A stretch of 64,000 nucleotides of DNA from NCBI GenBank assembly GCA_038496445.1, contig JALMLS010000155.1, positions 1 to 64,000 of the forward strand. The letters are read 5' to 3'. Below the pieces are notes generated by a model, which saw nothing but the letters and a program-made list of their open reading frames with translations, was not told the DNA's origin and searched no databases. The stretch's first letter is position 1. Each line of letters begins with the position of its first letter. A program made the position numbers and the translations under genes. Positions 39,574-53,200 of the stretch are shown piece after piece. Source of the DNA: Trichosphaerium sp. ATCC 40318. Taxonomy: Eukaryota; Protista; Tubulinea.

Positions 39574-40419
39574 CGCGTTTGTTACTCCTGTTTGTTTCCT
39601 CAACAATTCGAAATGTACTCATTTGTACTCCCCCAAACTGTTGACAAGCAAATAAACTCATCCTCAATACATATATTCTAGTTAAACTGACCTTCTCACG
39701 TAAATCTTGAGAGAGTTTATTACACCACACTTTTCTTAGGTTGTTTGTGATCACAATAGCCCTAACGTCTAATAGCGGCGATGAGTGGTCTACTTTGGAC
39801 TGGAATTTGTTTGTAGTAGCTTTAACCACAGTTTATTTACGCCTGCTGATCCAATAAAGGAAACTATAGCGCCAGCATAGTGGATTGAAGTCCAGGTGAT
39901 AAAAGAATTTAAAAATTAAGTTGTACTGCATCTTCTACGCGTTAAAGCTGATGTGAAGCAATTCAGAAAGCTTGCAAATTTCTAAGTCAGAAAAAGCTTC
40001 TTTTGCCACACTGGCTCCTGTACTTTCACCAGGTGGATTTAAACACTCAATCATTGAATTTAAAGGCTGTTTTATTGCAAAAGGCGGGAATGCTATCGCA
40101 CAAAAGAAGACGAACACAACAGGAGCATAGCAGGTACGGACACACGCGATCAAACGTGTTTGGCACAAAACGGTAGCGGTACAGTTTTTTTAACTTCTAT
40201 TGCAACCAAAAAGTAATTTAGTAACAAAAAACGCTTGTCTGTCATGACACACAACGTTCAGTAACAATTGCAAGGTAAAACGCTCTTTTCACATTTGAGT
40301 ACCAAAACCTGGCTCCAGGTTGAAATTTCACGGAAAACAAAAGATCAATCAAGACCTTACCCCTACTTAAGGTAAAACTATTTGGGTTGAATCAATCAAG
40401 CATCACATCACGCACAAAA

Positions 40420-41063
40420 ATGGCATTTGAAGCAGCGCAGCAATTAATGTTACTCGGAATTGGAGAGTATGCGTTTAATTCCTTTAACTTGCCTCAACAA
40501 GTTGCAACAGAAGTTGCAGAGGAAGTTGCAGAAGAAGGTGTAGAAGAAGTCGAGAACAATTCTAACTCAAAACGGCCGGGTAGAACCAGAATACCAGAAG
40601 AAGCAAAGAAGATACTTCTAGAATATCCTTTAACACTGTATATCTAATTTTCGCTATGCTTATCCTTTAATTTCTTTAACTCTAACTAACATTCTACAAA
40701 ACGCAACCTTATCCCACAAACGACGAAAAGACGCAAATATGTAACCAAACGGGTCTAACATTAAAGGCAGTGAACAATTGGTTCCAAAACCAACGCAACC
40801 GCAATAACGCGACGAAGAAAAGGCGAGGACCATTACCGCGTAAAACAACAGTCAAAAGGCGACGTAAGGCGCCAGTCAAGACGCAAGAAGCCCCGAAATA
40901 CGAAAATGCGCCTACGTCATTCATACCACCAGCTGTTAAGATACAACTTCAACAATACAGGCGCATAAAGGTAGAGCACTCAGCGCAGTTGGGCGTCCCG
41001 CCGAATTACAACCCACCATCATACAACCCTCCCTCATACCACCCACCATCGTACCCGCACTAA
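40420..41063 (+). CDS. Homeodomain transcription factor, 2 exons
   Basis: After removing the AT-AC intron: [51 protein letters not shown]; Pro-rich PPSY tail. Confidence 0.92.
40623..40690 (+). other. U12-type AT-AC intron
   Basis: 5' ATATCCTTT, branch TTCTTTAAC 10 nt upstream of terminal AC. No GT-AG solution restores the homeodomain. Confidence 0.92.
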
Positions 41064-41177
41064 CACGCCCTCCAACTTAGTTATTAAGCCGCTAGGTGTC
41101 TTAAACAAAGGAAGTGGATAGCTCAGGCCTAACACTGCAACTATTCATCTCTACACCTACACCACTCCTTGTTTTAC

Positions 41178-42211
41178 ATGAATAGGCGGTTAATTACTAA
41201 GTTGGTACCATGGGCTGCACCAGCAGTTGGGTACTTACTTCTACGCGTAAATATGCACTAACACAATATATAGAGCGCTCACACTTGGTGTTGGAATTGC
41301 TACAGCTGCTGTGTGGTTGTATTCTAACAGTACACCCAGTACTGCTAATGAGAGCACAAAAAATGAAGTCTCTAGGTATGTACGCGTACGTAGACTGCAC
41401 TCTAACATTTTTTGTAGCCCTTCTTCCCCAATTATACTAAATTATAGAAAATACGCTAGCGAACGCACTGGTTCGTTACCGAGGATAGCTATAACAACAA
41501 ATAACGTACTAAAAAAACTTTTCCTTCAAACTACAACTCATTTGACAGTATATTGGTTAGATTCTCCTAAAACCAAAAGGATCTGCATATGAACTCATTC
41601 CAGAGGCCGTTGAAGTATTGAAATGGCTTTGTGGTTTGAGTGATGTATACTTAATTACAGACGTACGTAAACGCATACCAACACATAAAAACCAAGTTTT
41701 TAGTTGTTTTTAAATCATTTAGAAAATCACGTTAAAATAACCTTAATGTCCTCAATAATCGTTTTAGGTTCAAACTGATGAGCAAGAAAATAATGCCACA
41801 CGATTACTTCAGGCTAGTGGTATTTTTACAAGTGGTATGAACCCTTGTAAGCTATTATTCTCAGAGAAACTCGATGGACGAATAGCAATGATACGACAAA
41901 TCAAACCAATACTACACATCGATCGTACGCAACTGGTTTACTCAAAAAATTTCTTTCCTTTTTACCAAGTTTGTGGTGGTTTTGACAGTTTTGGAGATGG
42001 GTCTGTTTGAAAAATTTTCGTGAATATTTTTTTGTGGCTTTGCAATTTGTTTATTTTTGTTTTAGCATCAGAATACGTCATAAATAAGTTACGTCAGTTT
42101 TTTGAAGGCCTAGCACTTATTACACCAGAAGCAAAATTAAAAAAAGGGATATTCACAGCTGCTAGTTTATCGCAGCTATTCCCTGAACACCAACAAGGTG
42201 CTCGAATGTAA
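41178..42211 (+). CDS. PEX22: Peroxin 22 (plant-type)
   Basis: N-terminal TM; DVYLITDVQTDEQE...LLQASGIFTSGMNPCKLLFSEKLDGRIAMIRQIKPILHID matches the plant-type PEX22 core. Confidence 0.75.
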
Positions 42212-42631
42212 AATAATACCAAACAATAAAAAAAAATAGAGATGAATCAAAAACCCGTTATTTGAACGTGTCAACCCATAAGACTTTCGAAACTCACTCT
42301 TGTACTATCAACATGTATTTAAAACATGCCCGTTCTATGTGATAGCATCGCTAGTAAACAGTTGCATCGAAAATTCTGACACCATTTTAAGTTTGGCACA
42401 AAAAAGTCGAGAACTGTATGACATGTAGGTACAGAGCTCCAATTGTGCCCTAAATCAACAAGTCGAAGAGCGATAAAGAAATTAATTACCACTTCCAATA
42501 TGTAGCTCTACGTTGTTTATCCACGTGACACGTTTTATTCTGTTAAATAATCTGGAATTTGAGTGGTTCAAACTGAACGTTCCCGAAATCATAAAGCTGG
42601 GAACAACAAACAAAAAACTATATCCAGAACA

Positions 42632-44260
<1,629 letters not shown>

Positions 44261-44966
44261 AGCGAGGAACGTCGCGTTTTTTGAGCCTTTGTTGTATGAA
44301 TATGTTCTCTAATCCTCGTATAATGCTCGGTTACGTGGCGTTTAGATTATGAGATAATGTGAAGACAATTAAACGATGTTGTACACTATTTTGTTAAAAA
44401 TGATGTATTTACACGTAATTATGTTGCATTTAGCGTGTGACAAGCATGTTAGTCGTGTTGGCGTCTGTTGTTTCCTCTACCTTTGTTACCTCGGTTTCTT
44501 CTTGAGCTAGTGATGTTTTAATAACAATTAGGCCACAATTAGGCCACAATTAACGCTTTTTACCTAGATTTCTCCTCTTTCTTGGCTACAGGTACAACTT
44601 TACCAGTAAGGTGTCTTTGGTAGTATTGGGATTTTACAGGGTAGATCATTGGTGCGTTAAAGATAATTTAAACAAAAAGTGAGGAATAACATTGAAAAAT
44701 ACGTGAAAAAAGTACGCAAGTTTTTTACACTTGCTACGACGTATCACGTGACCAATAACGAAATGCAGCATTTCTCAGAGTATCAAAGACGTTCTCAATA
44801 CATGTTAGAAGTTTTACAAGTTGACAACACAGTTTCGGTCGTAGAGTATTCAAGCAACGCGAATTCGTTAAAACGCTGAACCATTTGATGTGGACGTCTC
44901 TAGCGTGAACGTCACGCTTGTATAGCTCTTGATTGAACTTAGATACAGAGTGGGAACATGATCTTT

Positions 44967-47073
44967 TTATTTGAATCGTGCTTGCTTTACAATTTTATCA
45001 CTTAGTATTGCATCTATCCATTCGTCCCATTTTTTGTTTAATGTTGTTAATTGCATTTGCTTTAATTCCTTTGATAAACTACTGTATGTAATAGAATTTC
45101 TTGTGAGCTGCTTCATATCCGCCAAGGTTAAGTTCCATGATGTGTATGCTTCCCAGAAGTCATAGGATAATCCAGTGTACCCATAAACACCAGGATCATC
45201 ATTTGAGATAGTAACCTAGAGCTCAACAAGTAAGCAATAGCGATTGAGCTATACTTAAAAAGAACATTGAAGAAGCTTGTAAAATACCGACGTCAAATCT
45301 TCAATCTTGCTTTTGTGCTGTTAATGACGTACTGGTAAACCTTTTGCCATCATTACAGCAGCAGGGTTAATCCTCATATCAACAAGCAGTTTCAAGAGTT
45401 GGTTCGAAATAGGACATAGCTCTATACCTATTTGCTTTTGCTTTACTATTTCCATCAGTTCAGGGTGTTTAGGAAGAGCGAAACCGTGTCCTATCCGTGA
45501 CGTATTAAGCAGAATAGCATCGTAAAGATTACTGAAGTTATTCTCAGACCAATCTGTTTCTCCAGAGTGAAAGAAGAAGTTCAGCGGTTTGAGGCCGTTC
45601 TCAGCTGCGTATGCGTTGAATTTAAATATAGAACCCAGATAGTACTTAAGAGTGTGAAATCTAAGCAGAAAGTAAAAAGATGAAGAATAACGAGATGCTT
45701 GTTAACCAAGTGAACAAGATAATAAGAAAAAACAAGGAAAAAATTGCAGGCACCTGTCTTCTTGTCCTACGAAATCAAAACCGGATACTGAATCTCCTAC
45801 GTTTTCTATGAGTTCTGCACACGTTTTCATTTCTTCAAACGCTTGTGTATCCGGAAAGTTACGTGGCATTATACAAATAAAACGGATAGTTAAGTTTGTA
45901 TTATGCATTTCATTAAAGGCATCGAACAGCTCCAAAGTGAGTTTCACGAAGAAGTCATACGATTTTTGACCATCGTAATCATAGAGTAGTAGCGGTCCTC
46001 GCAACTCTACATGTTGAATGTTATCTTCAAACGCCTAGAAGAAGAGAATCAGTCAGAGTTAAACACCAGCAAACGACGAAAGGTGAAAACAAAAACTTGC
46101 CCAGTAGTGAAGCGCCTGTTGTATGTATGCGATGTAGTTTGGTACAAACTTCTCCAAAGATTGTTCTGTAGTTATCATATGTACGAAATAGACCCACATA
46201 TCATCCTCTGTCATGTTTTCTGGGGTCAAGAATTGAAAAGAGTCGAATAGTCCTTGATCAAATTCAGTTACATTCTTTGCTTCCTAACCACTATTTGAGC
46301 ATCCTTTTTCAACACCAATCATACGTACTTGTCGAAGAGCAACACAATTTCCCCTATGCAATAAAGTAAGTAATATAAATGCTGTTTCGTGAACCTTACT
46401 CACCATTCAACTCCTGGAGCATTTTCTGGCGTCGAATTTGCGAAAAGAAATTGTCCATGTAGGTAGTCAACGCTACCAGAGCCTGTGTTAACATAACAAT
46501 CTACAACAACAATATTAGAGCAAGTGCACACCCAAATTCTATAGAACCTTTTCTGTACGTCGCATTCTTTACGAGAAACCATGGATCAGAAAGAGAGTGA
46601 GTGTGCAGTATACCGCCTTTAGGCATTTGCTGCAAATACGGTAACAATGCACTACTGTCTATCAAGTGCCTGTCGCGCCTGAAATTATGTTGAAACGGTA
46701 AATTTAGTGCTTCATTCAATATTTCTTTTGTTCTTATTTCTGCAAGCATGGTTTGTACTAAAAAGGCAATTAAGTAAAAACACGTGACTGCAATTTAAAT
46801 TACGAGATTAATTGTTTTGTTTACCTTGTATTTCTTTAGTGTTTAGTGTTATAGACTTAGAAAACCGTTCTGACCGGTCTTTTGTAACAAGTGCTTCTCT
46901 GGCTTTTAAATAAGCTTGGCACTCATCTCCGGTACAAGTGGCTAAAGCAGGGCGTTAAAACAAGTAAAACATAGGTTTTGATTACCTGTTGCTGTATCCG
47001 GCATTGTATATGTGCTAGTACTCAGCACTGATACGATAACTACGAGGACAAGCTTTAGAAAGGTTGTTGTCAT
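44967..47073 (-). CDS. ADA2: Secreted adenosine deaminase ADA2/CECR1 (ADGF family)
   Basis: Signal peptide; MPKGGILHTH, GFDFVGQED, FFFHSGET, RIGHGFAL, ELCPISNQ, ISNDDPG. Confidence 0.92.
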
Positions 47074-48178
47074 TGTCAGGTTTTTGATGAAATAATTACA
47101 AGTCACGTGATATCGGACACGTAACGAATTCATGTATCATGTTCTTTGAACATTTTTCAACGTCACAATGTGCACGTTATCCTTCTTTTTTAGCATTCTT
47201 TACAATACTATTTAAGCGCCCATGTATTCTTTGTAAGGATTAGGTGTAGATACCAACCAAATTTTGTTGTACAGAGGAGCGTGGTAAATAGTTTTTGACT
47301 TTTCAAAAAGTTGGCTTACATCAAGTTTGAGTGCTTAACGTTTTACTAATGTCACATACACAGCTCGTTCGTGAAGATTCCCTTGAAGATATTGATCTTC
47401 AGGTAAGTGGAAGAAATGTAGTATTACATCGAATATTTGATCTGATTTTGCCCGACAGTCTTTCGGCTCGGATTCAGACGAATCAGAAGAAAGTGAAGAC
47501 CCTTCGCTTGTATTAAGTATACAATCCTCGCCTGGCCCTCAAACGAGAGATATTGCTTGGTATTCAAACTTATGGCCACCAAAGAACAAATTGGATGCTT
47601 TTGTCATGTGTTGCGAAGCGACAGCTTTAATTTTGTTGGTTATTTCTATTTTTACACTTATCGACAGAAAAGTCAGTACAACTCACTGGTACGTTTAGCG
47701 ATGTTCCAAACGGATAGATTGCAAAATTCGTATTTGAACCAAATTTTCTTGGTTTATTCGAATATATTCTTCTCGCTTTTTTTGTGGTGAGATAAAACGG
47801 CACAAATTACATCCTTATTGCTGTCCTGAACCCATTTTTTTACATCCGAACACGTCTGAGACTTTTTTTTAATAGAGCAAGTGCATAGATAAAACTACAA
47901 AATTGTGTTAAAATATGTTTTACCTCAAGTGATGGCTATTTCTACGCGTGGAAAGTACTAAAAAGTGGTTTTGAGACAGCAAAAAAATAGATCACGTGGT
48001 GGGCTCAAGATTGGCTCGAATTGTCAAAAAAACGTCACCACTGGCACAATTTCACACAACAAAAGTGTCGGTTAGGCTTACTGTGACTTAGTTTTACCGC
48101 TAAAATGTAGATATCTTAAACTCACTCAATATAGGGCTTTCAACCACTCTATGTATAGAAATATGCATTTTAAAACGT

Positions 48179-49646
48179 ATGAGAGTGGTTTGGATGAACA
48201 AAAAGCACTTGGTGATTAAAAAAAAAGCCAACAACTTTCAGTTTCACAGTCGCTCTTCTCTGAAAACCGAATCGGAATATATTCGACTATTTCCAACTTT
48301 TTACGTTCTGGCGATAGATTCGGTATTCTATTCGTTTGGAACATCGCTAGGTACGTTATCCCATTAATAATGTAAACATATTTTTCACATTATATCGAAC
48401 TCCGAAAAAGATTCAGAAGAAAAATTATGCCGTACTCACCCATTTTTCTTCGGTATGTAGGTATTTACCTTTTGTTGGTGTTGGTATGTTTCTATTTCTA
48501 CTTTCGAAAATAACACGTGAGCAGTTGGTGCTACAATCGCTATGGTTACTCCGACATCAAGTGGTGTTATATTAGTACCATTCATGAGTGCTGTTGGTAT
48601 TCGGATTGACCATGCTGTTGCTCTAACTGTAACGCTTCAAGTGAGTTTTTTGTTTTTACAATATTCACTCACTGCCTTAGTTCCTGGGTATTGGAATTTT
48701 CGGCACTCTCGCTTGGATAAGAAAAGATAGAAATGCTGTAATGGTTGGCATACTTCCTCATTGGATCTTTGTAGGATGGATAGGTACATCCAAACACCTG
48801 AAAAACGAATATTGATGATTAAACAAAGGTTGTGTTTTTGGTTTGTATCCGTTGCACATAGAAAGCTCTAATCTTTTAAAGAGCGGAGCTGCATTGTTTG
48901 GTTTAATACTCGCATTTTGGTTATGGTATGCATTATCAACAAAAGGCGCCACCGATAACAACGGGTTATTCAAAATATGGCCCTCCAAAAAATACAAGTA
49001 CCCTGTTCTTAATGAATGTGTACTAGTCACTGGAGCTCTTGTCGGAGGTATTGAGAATTATGAGTGTTATTTACTTGCTTTACTCTGTGTTTATATTTTT
49101 AGGGTTGCTGGTAGCATGGATTGGCGTTGGAATTGATACAGTTCTTTTTTTTATTCTGACAGCGTTTTATAAAGTTAATGCTCACAAAGCAATTGTTACT
49201 TCTATTATATGCATAGGGTGGACTTCTTTAATCCCAGCGCTTGTTTACCACTTCCATTTCAAAGACTTGGATGTAGGACTACTAGTCATGGTACAACAAC
49301 AAATAGCTTTTTTTTTTTTTTCAGTTGAAAAAGAAGAGTTCCGCTTTACAGTTTGCCTTAAAAACTCACGTGATTACTACTTCACCATTTTTTCCTATAC
49401 TTACCTATTTAGATTTTACCTGGTATACTCATAGGTGCTCGATTAGGGCCTATTATAAGCCATGTGCTAGGAAACAGAAATATTATTCTACTCTTTAGTA
49501 TTGTATTAATTGTGGAATTCCTACACACCTTTATTGTTGTTGGTATAGATCTCGAATGGTGGTGTATAATGGGATGTGATGTTAACCCTTCAATACACGC
49601 AAACAGAACAAACACAGTTCATTTCTATAATGTAACAACTTTGTGA
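48179..49646 (+). CDS. TauE/SafE (TSUP) family membrane transporter; start uncertain
   Basis: GATIAMVTPTSSGVILVP, GGLLVAWIGVGID, AIVTSII, LPGILIGARLGP; multiple TM segments. Confidence 0.75.
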
Positions 49647-50232
49647 AACTGTTTGTATTTACCTGTATTCAATTGCCTTGTAAAAAAATATTGATAAAAG
49701 TTCAAAGCCCTTTTTTTCTACCTTTGCAGGAACTGATATTCTTTCTGACAAGAACATAAATTTTGAGTTTTCAGGAAGCCTACAATCACTTAAAAAAAAG
49801 TCTTTTGTTGTAATTGGCTGTTATACGGGACGTTGCCTACCAAATAGTCCCTATAAGAAAACTCATTATTTTATGTCCAAAACTCTCAAACTTTTTAGCT
49901 GACATTTGCTGTGTAGTTATCTGTGGGCACAGAGTATTCAATACAAGAGTTCTTGGCCCAAACAAAAATTTCCCAGTAAATCAACTATAGCTCATATATA
50001 AGTAGAACAACAGTAGGAAAAAAACTACAAGGATTGTACAGTCAATCCCAAGTTCCTTCACCTTGGTCACTTAAAAATGTAGTATTTGGTATTAGGAGTG
50101 TAACATTTTGCGTAAACGCTTTGGCTTGGTTTTGTTTCCTTTGAAAGTTGTTTTTATAATTGTAATGTACTCAAAAACCTAGCAGTTAGTGGACCAACAA
50201 AATACAAATGTAAAGGTTTTTAACTCAACTAT

Positions 50233-53200
50233 TTATTGTGGTGATACAGGGCTCTTTTTTTGATCATTGCTTCTTTTTCGAACTTTATCATTCCTGTCAT
50301 CTTTTTCATTTCGTTGTCTACGCTTGACATCATCTCTTCGGTGGTACCTTTGTGCATACGCATGCCTTCTTGAGGAATCACGATCATATTGACGATCCCT
50401 TTGTGAGTACCTATCATAGCCACCATTGTAATTGCGGCGTCTGCTGTGGTATTGATCTTTATACCTTCGATCTTGACGATTGTAGGTACGCCTGGGTGAT
50501 GGCCTGTCTGTATCATAGTAATCACGCCTTGGTGATCGGTTGTAAGAGTTACGTGTTGGAGAATTACGGGTTCTTGGTGAACGTGATGGCCTGTGTTTGT
50601 AATAGTCATCACGCCTTGGTGATGGCTGATATTCACTCATTGGAGAACTTTTGGGTCTGTATGGGGAATGTTGATGTGGTGAGTACGGTGAAGCATCACC
50701 CATTACATAATCTTGACTTGTATTTGGAGTGGTTGACTTTCTTGTTGGTGTTCTTTGCTTTTTTTCATAGCGTGCACTTCCACTTTCTGATGAGGTATTT
50801 TTCCTTTTTTTACTATTGTCATCCTCGCTCTGATCAACAATAGTGTATACACCATTGTCTTTTACTTGCTTAGGACTGTAGGCTACAAGTTGGTTCTGGT
50901 CTTTGAGTGTTGGGAAAAAGCTCAAATCGAACATGTTTTTGACTACAATTGTTAGTTAGACATATTCTATGTAGAGCTTATTTTACCTTCAATTACCAAT
51001 TGTGTGTCGTTGGTAACAGACAAAGTTTTTGATTCACCATTGTAATTGATTGTAATTGTTTTAATTCCATCATCTACAAGATAAGTAGCACCATTGTTCA
51101 CATCTTCATAGTATACGACTACAGTTCCATTCATATCTTTGACTTTAATATTGCTGGCATTTAATCCAAATGATTTCGCAACTAAAATACACATGTTAGC
51201 CGTGTTCAAGAGAGATGAGTAGTATTGTACCTTCTGGTACCAGTGCTATGGTTTCTGTAACAGATAAACATTTTAATTCACCTTTGTAATTGATTGTAAC
51301 TGATTTAATTCGATCGTCTACAAGATAAGTAGCATCATGTCTCAGGTCTTCATAGTATACGACTACAGTTCCATTCATATCTTTGACTTTAATATTGCTG
51401 GCATCTAATCCAAATGATTGTGCAACTATTCACATGTTAGCAGTGTCAAGAGAAACAAGTATTGTACCTTGTACTTGCAGTCTGGTAGTTAATCCGACAT
51501 TCAGTGTTTTTGTATCATTTTTGTACTTGACATTGATTTTCTTCAGATCAAATACAAATTTTGGATCAAAGAAGTATGTATCTTCTTCTTCAATTTCTTC
51601 ATATCTGGACACTGGCGCCTTGTATTTATTCAGTAGAATAGCACCTGGTACGGCAAATTTCTTGAAAACTAAAGATTTTTCAGTAAACTCTGAGTAAGAT
51701 ATTGACTTTTGTCGTACTTAGGTTAGTGTAATTATGGCCAGGCTTAATTTTTAGTGTCTTTTCGTCATTGTTGGCAAGATTCCGTATTTTTACCAGTTTC
51801 GTCCTTGGTGCGAGATTTAGGAATTTCTTTATATCAGCTAAAAATACGAAAAATATAAGAACAGGAATACAACAACCAAAAAAAAAAGTTTGTACCGTTC
51901 ATCACTAGTTTGCCTTCGTTCAAGCCATATCCTCTTGCATCTGGATTGTTTCCGTACTTCACTATTTGGGTATCTTTTGTTTTGCACAATCGCCTTACAT
52001 CATCAACGCTCAATATACATACATCTATTCCTGCAACAATCGTAAAGGAGTCTTTGGAAACTGTTTCTTGCTTGCCACTTTTTTGTTTTTTTGGAGTAGT
52101 CTTTCTGACAAGTTTTATTTGTGTTTTTGTATTGCAGATACCAAAAACTGTTTTGATGTGTTCATCAGGTACTCTTAGCTTCTTCAATACTATTATTTTT
52201 GATCTTATCTTTTCTACAACGGTTACTATTCTATCCTTTGGTATTATGTTGGTATTAGAGTTACTTGAAGGTACTACTGTAAGTTTTATCTAACATTGCA
52301 ATTGGCCATTAGTTCAAGAAGTGATTTAAATTCTGCGTACCTTTTTACCACCGATAATAACAGTATCTGTTGTAGTGTTGAAAAGAGCCTTGCCAGCAAC
52401 TTTTCTGTATACTCCAGCTTTGTTATAAAGTGTTAACTTTATATTGTGTGAGACAATCAAACGTACGTTCAAGCATGATGGTTTCTCCACCAAGGCAATT
52501 TTTCATCTCGTCGCCAATTTCAATGCACACAAACATGGCCACGTTTATATCAGCATCAGAAATATCAATGTGAAACTTCTTTAACTCAGTACCAATCTGA
52601 CTGAATTGTAATCCGTCTTTTTCTGCCTAGGAATGGATTATTTAGAGTATATCCAAGTACTTTCAATTACTGTACCTTCATCTGGCATCCAATATTGCAA
52701 GTTTGAGCAGTTTCTGCAACTTGACATCCTTTTAGATAAAAGTCCATTGAACCTATTTAATTAATTGTTATTTACACACTCTCATTCTTTATAGATAACA
52801 ACACAAGTAAACAGAAGTATAACAGGTACGTACTTGATTGATCATGTGGATTTAACATACACGGAGCTATGTAGTACTCCCATATGCGTTTAAAGTCGTT
52901 TTTGTTAGCTGTCTTTAGTGATGCTGCAAGATCCTCCTGACACAAAGCTCTGTTTTGATTCCCAATATTAGCAAGCATGTTTTTCCAGTTGATGTTCCCT
53001 GCTGCTGAGGTTATCTTTGGGAATGTTCGCTGTTTCGAAGGAATTACAACATTCTATGTTTCGAAGTTAATAAATATTCTGGATAGATAACAAGTGCACT
53101 AATTGAAAGAGCCTTACCTCCAATTTAGTCCCCAACAAAGATGGTATGATTTCTGAAAGCCTTAAACCTTTATTAATTTCAAATCCAACCTTTGATAGTC

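Noticed and set aside
50229-50843. Overlapping alternative-frame and antisense ORFs (50229-50636, 50352-50843; also 23392-23751)
   Set aside because: By-products of low-complexity RS-coding sequence; only the SPRR frame splices to upstream exons.
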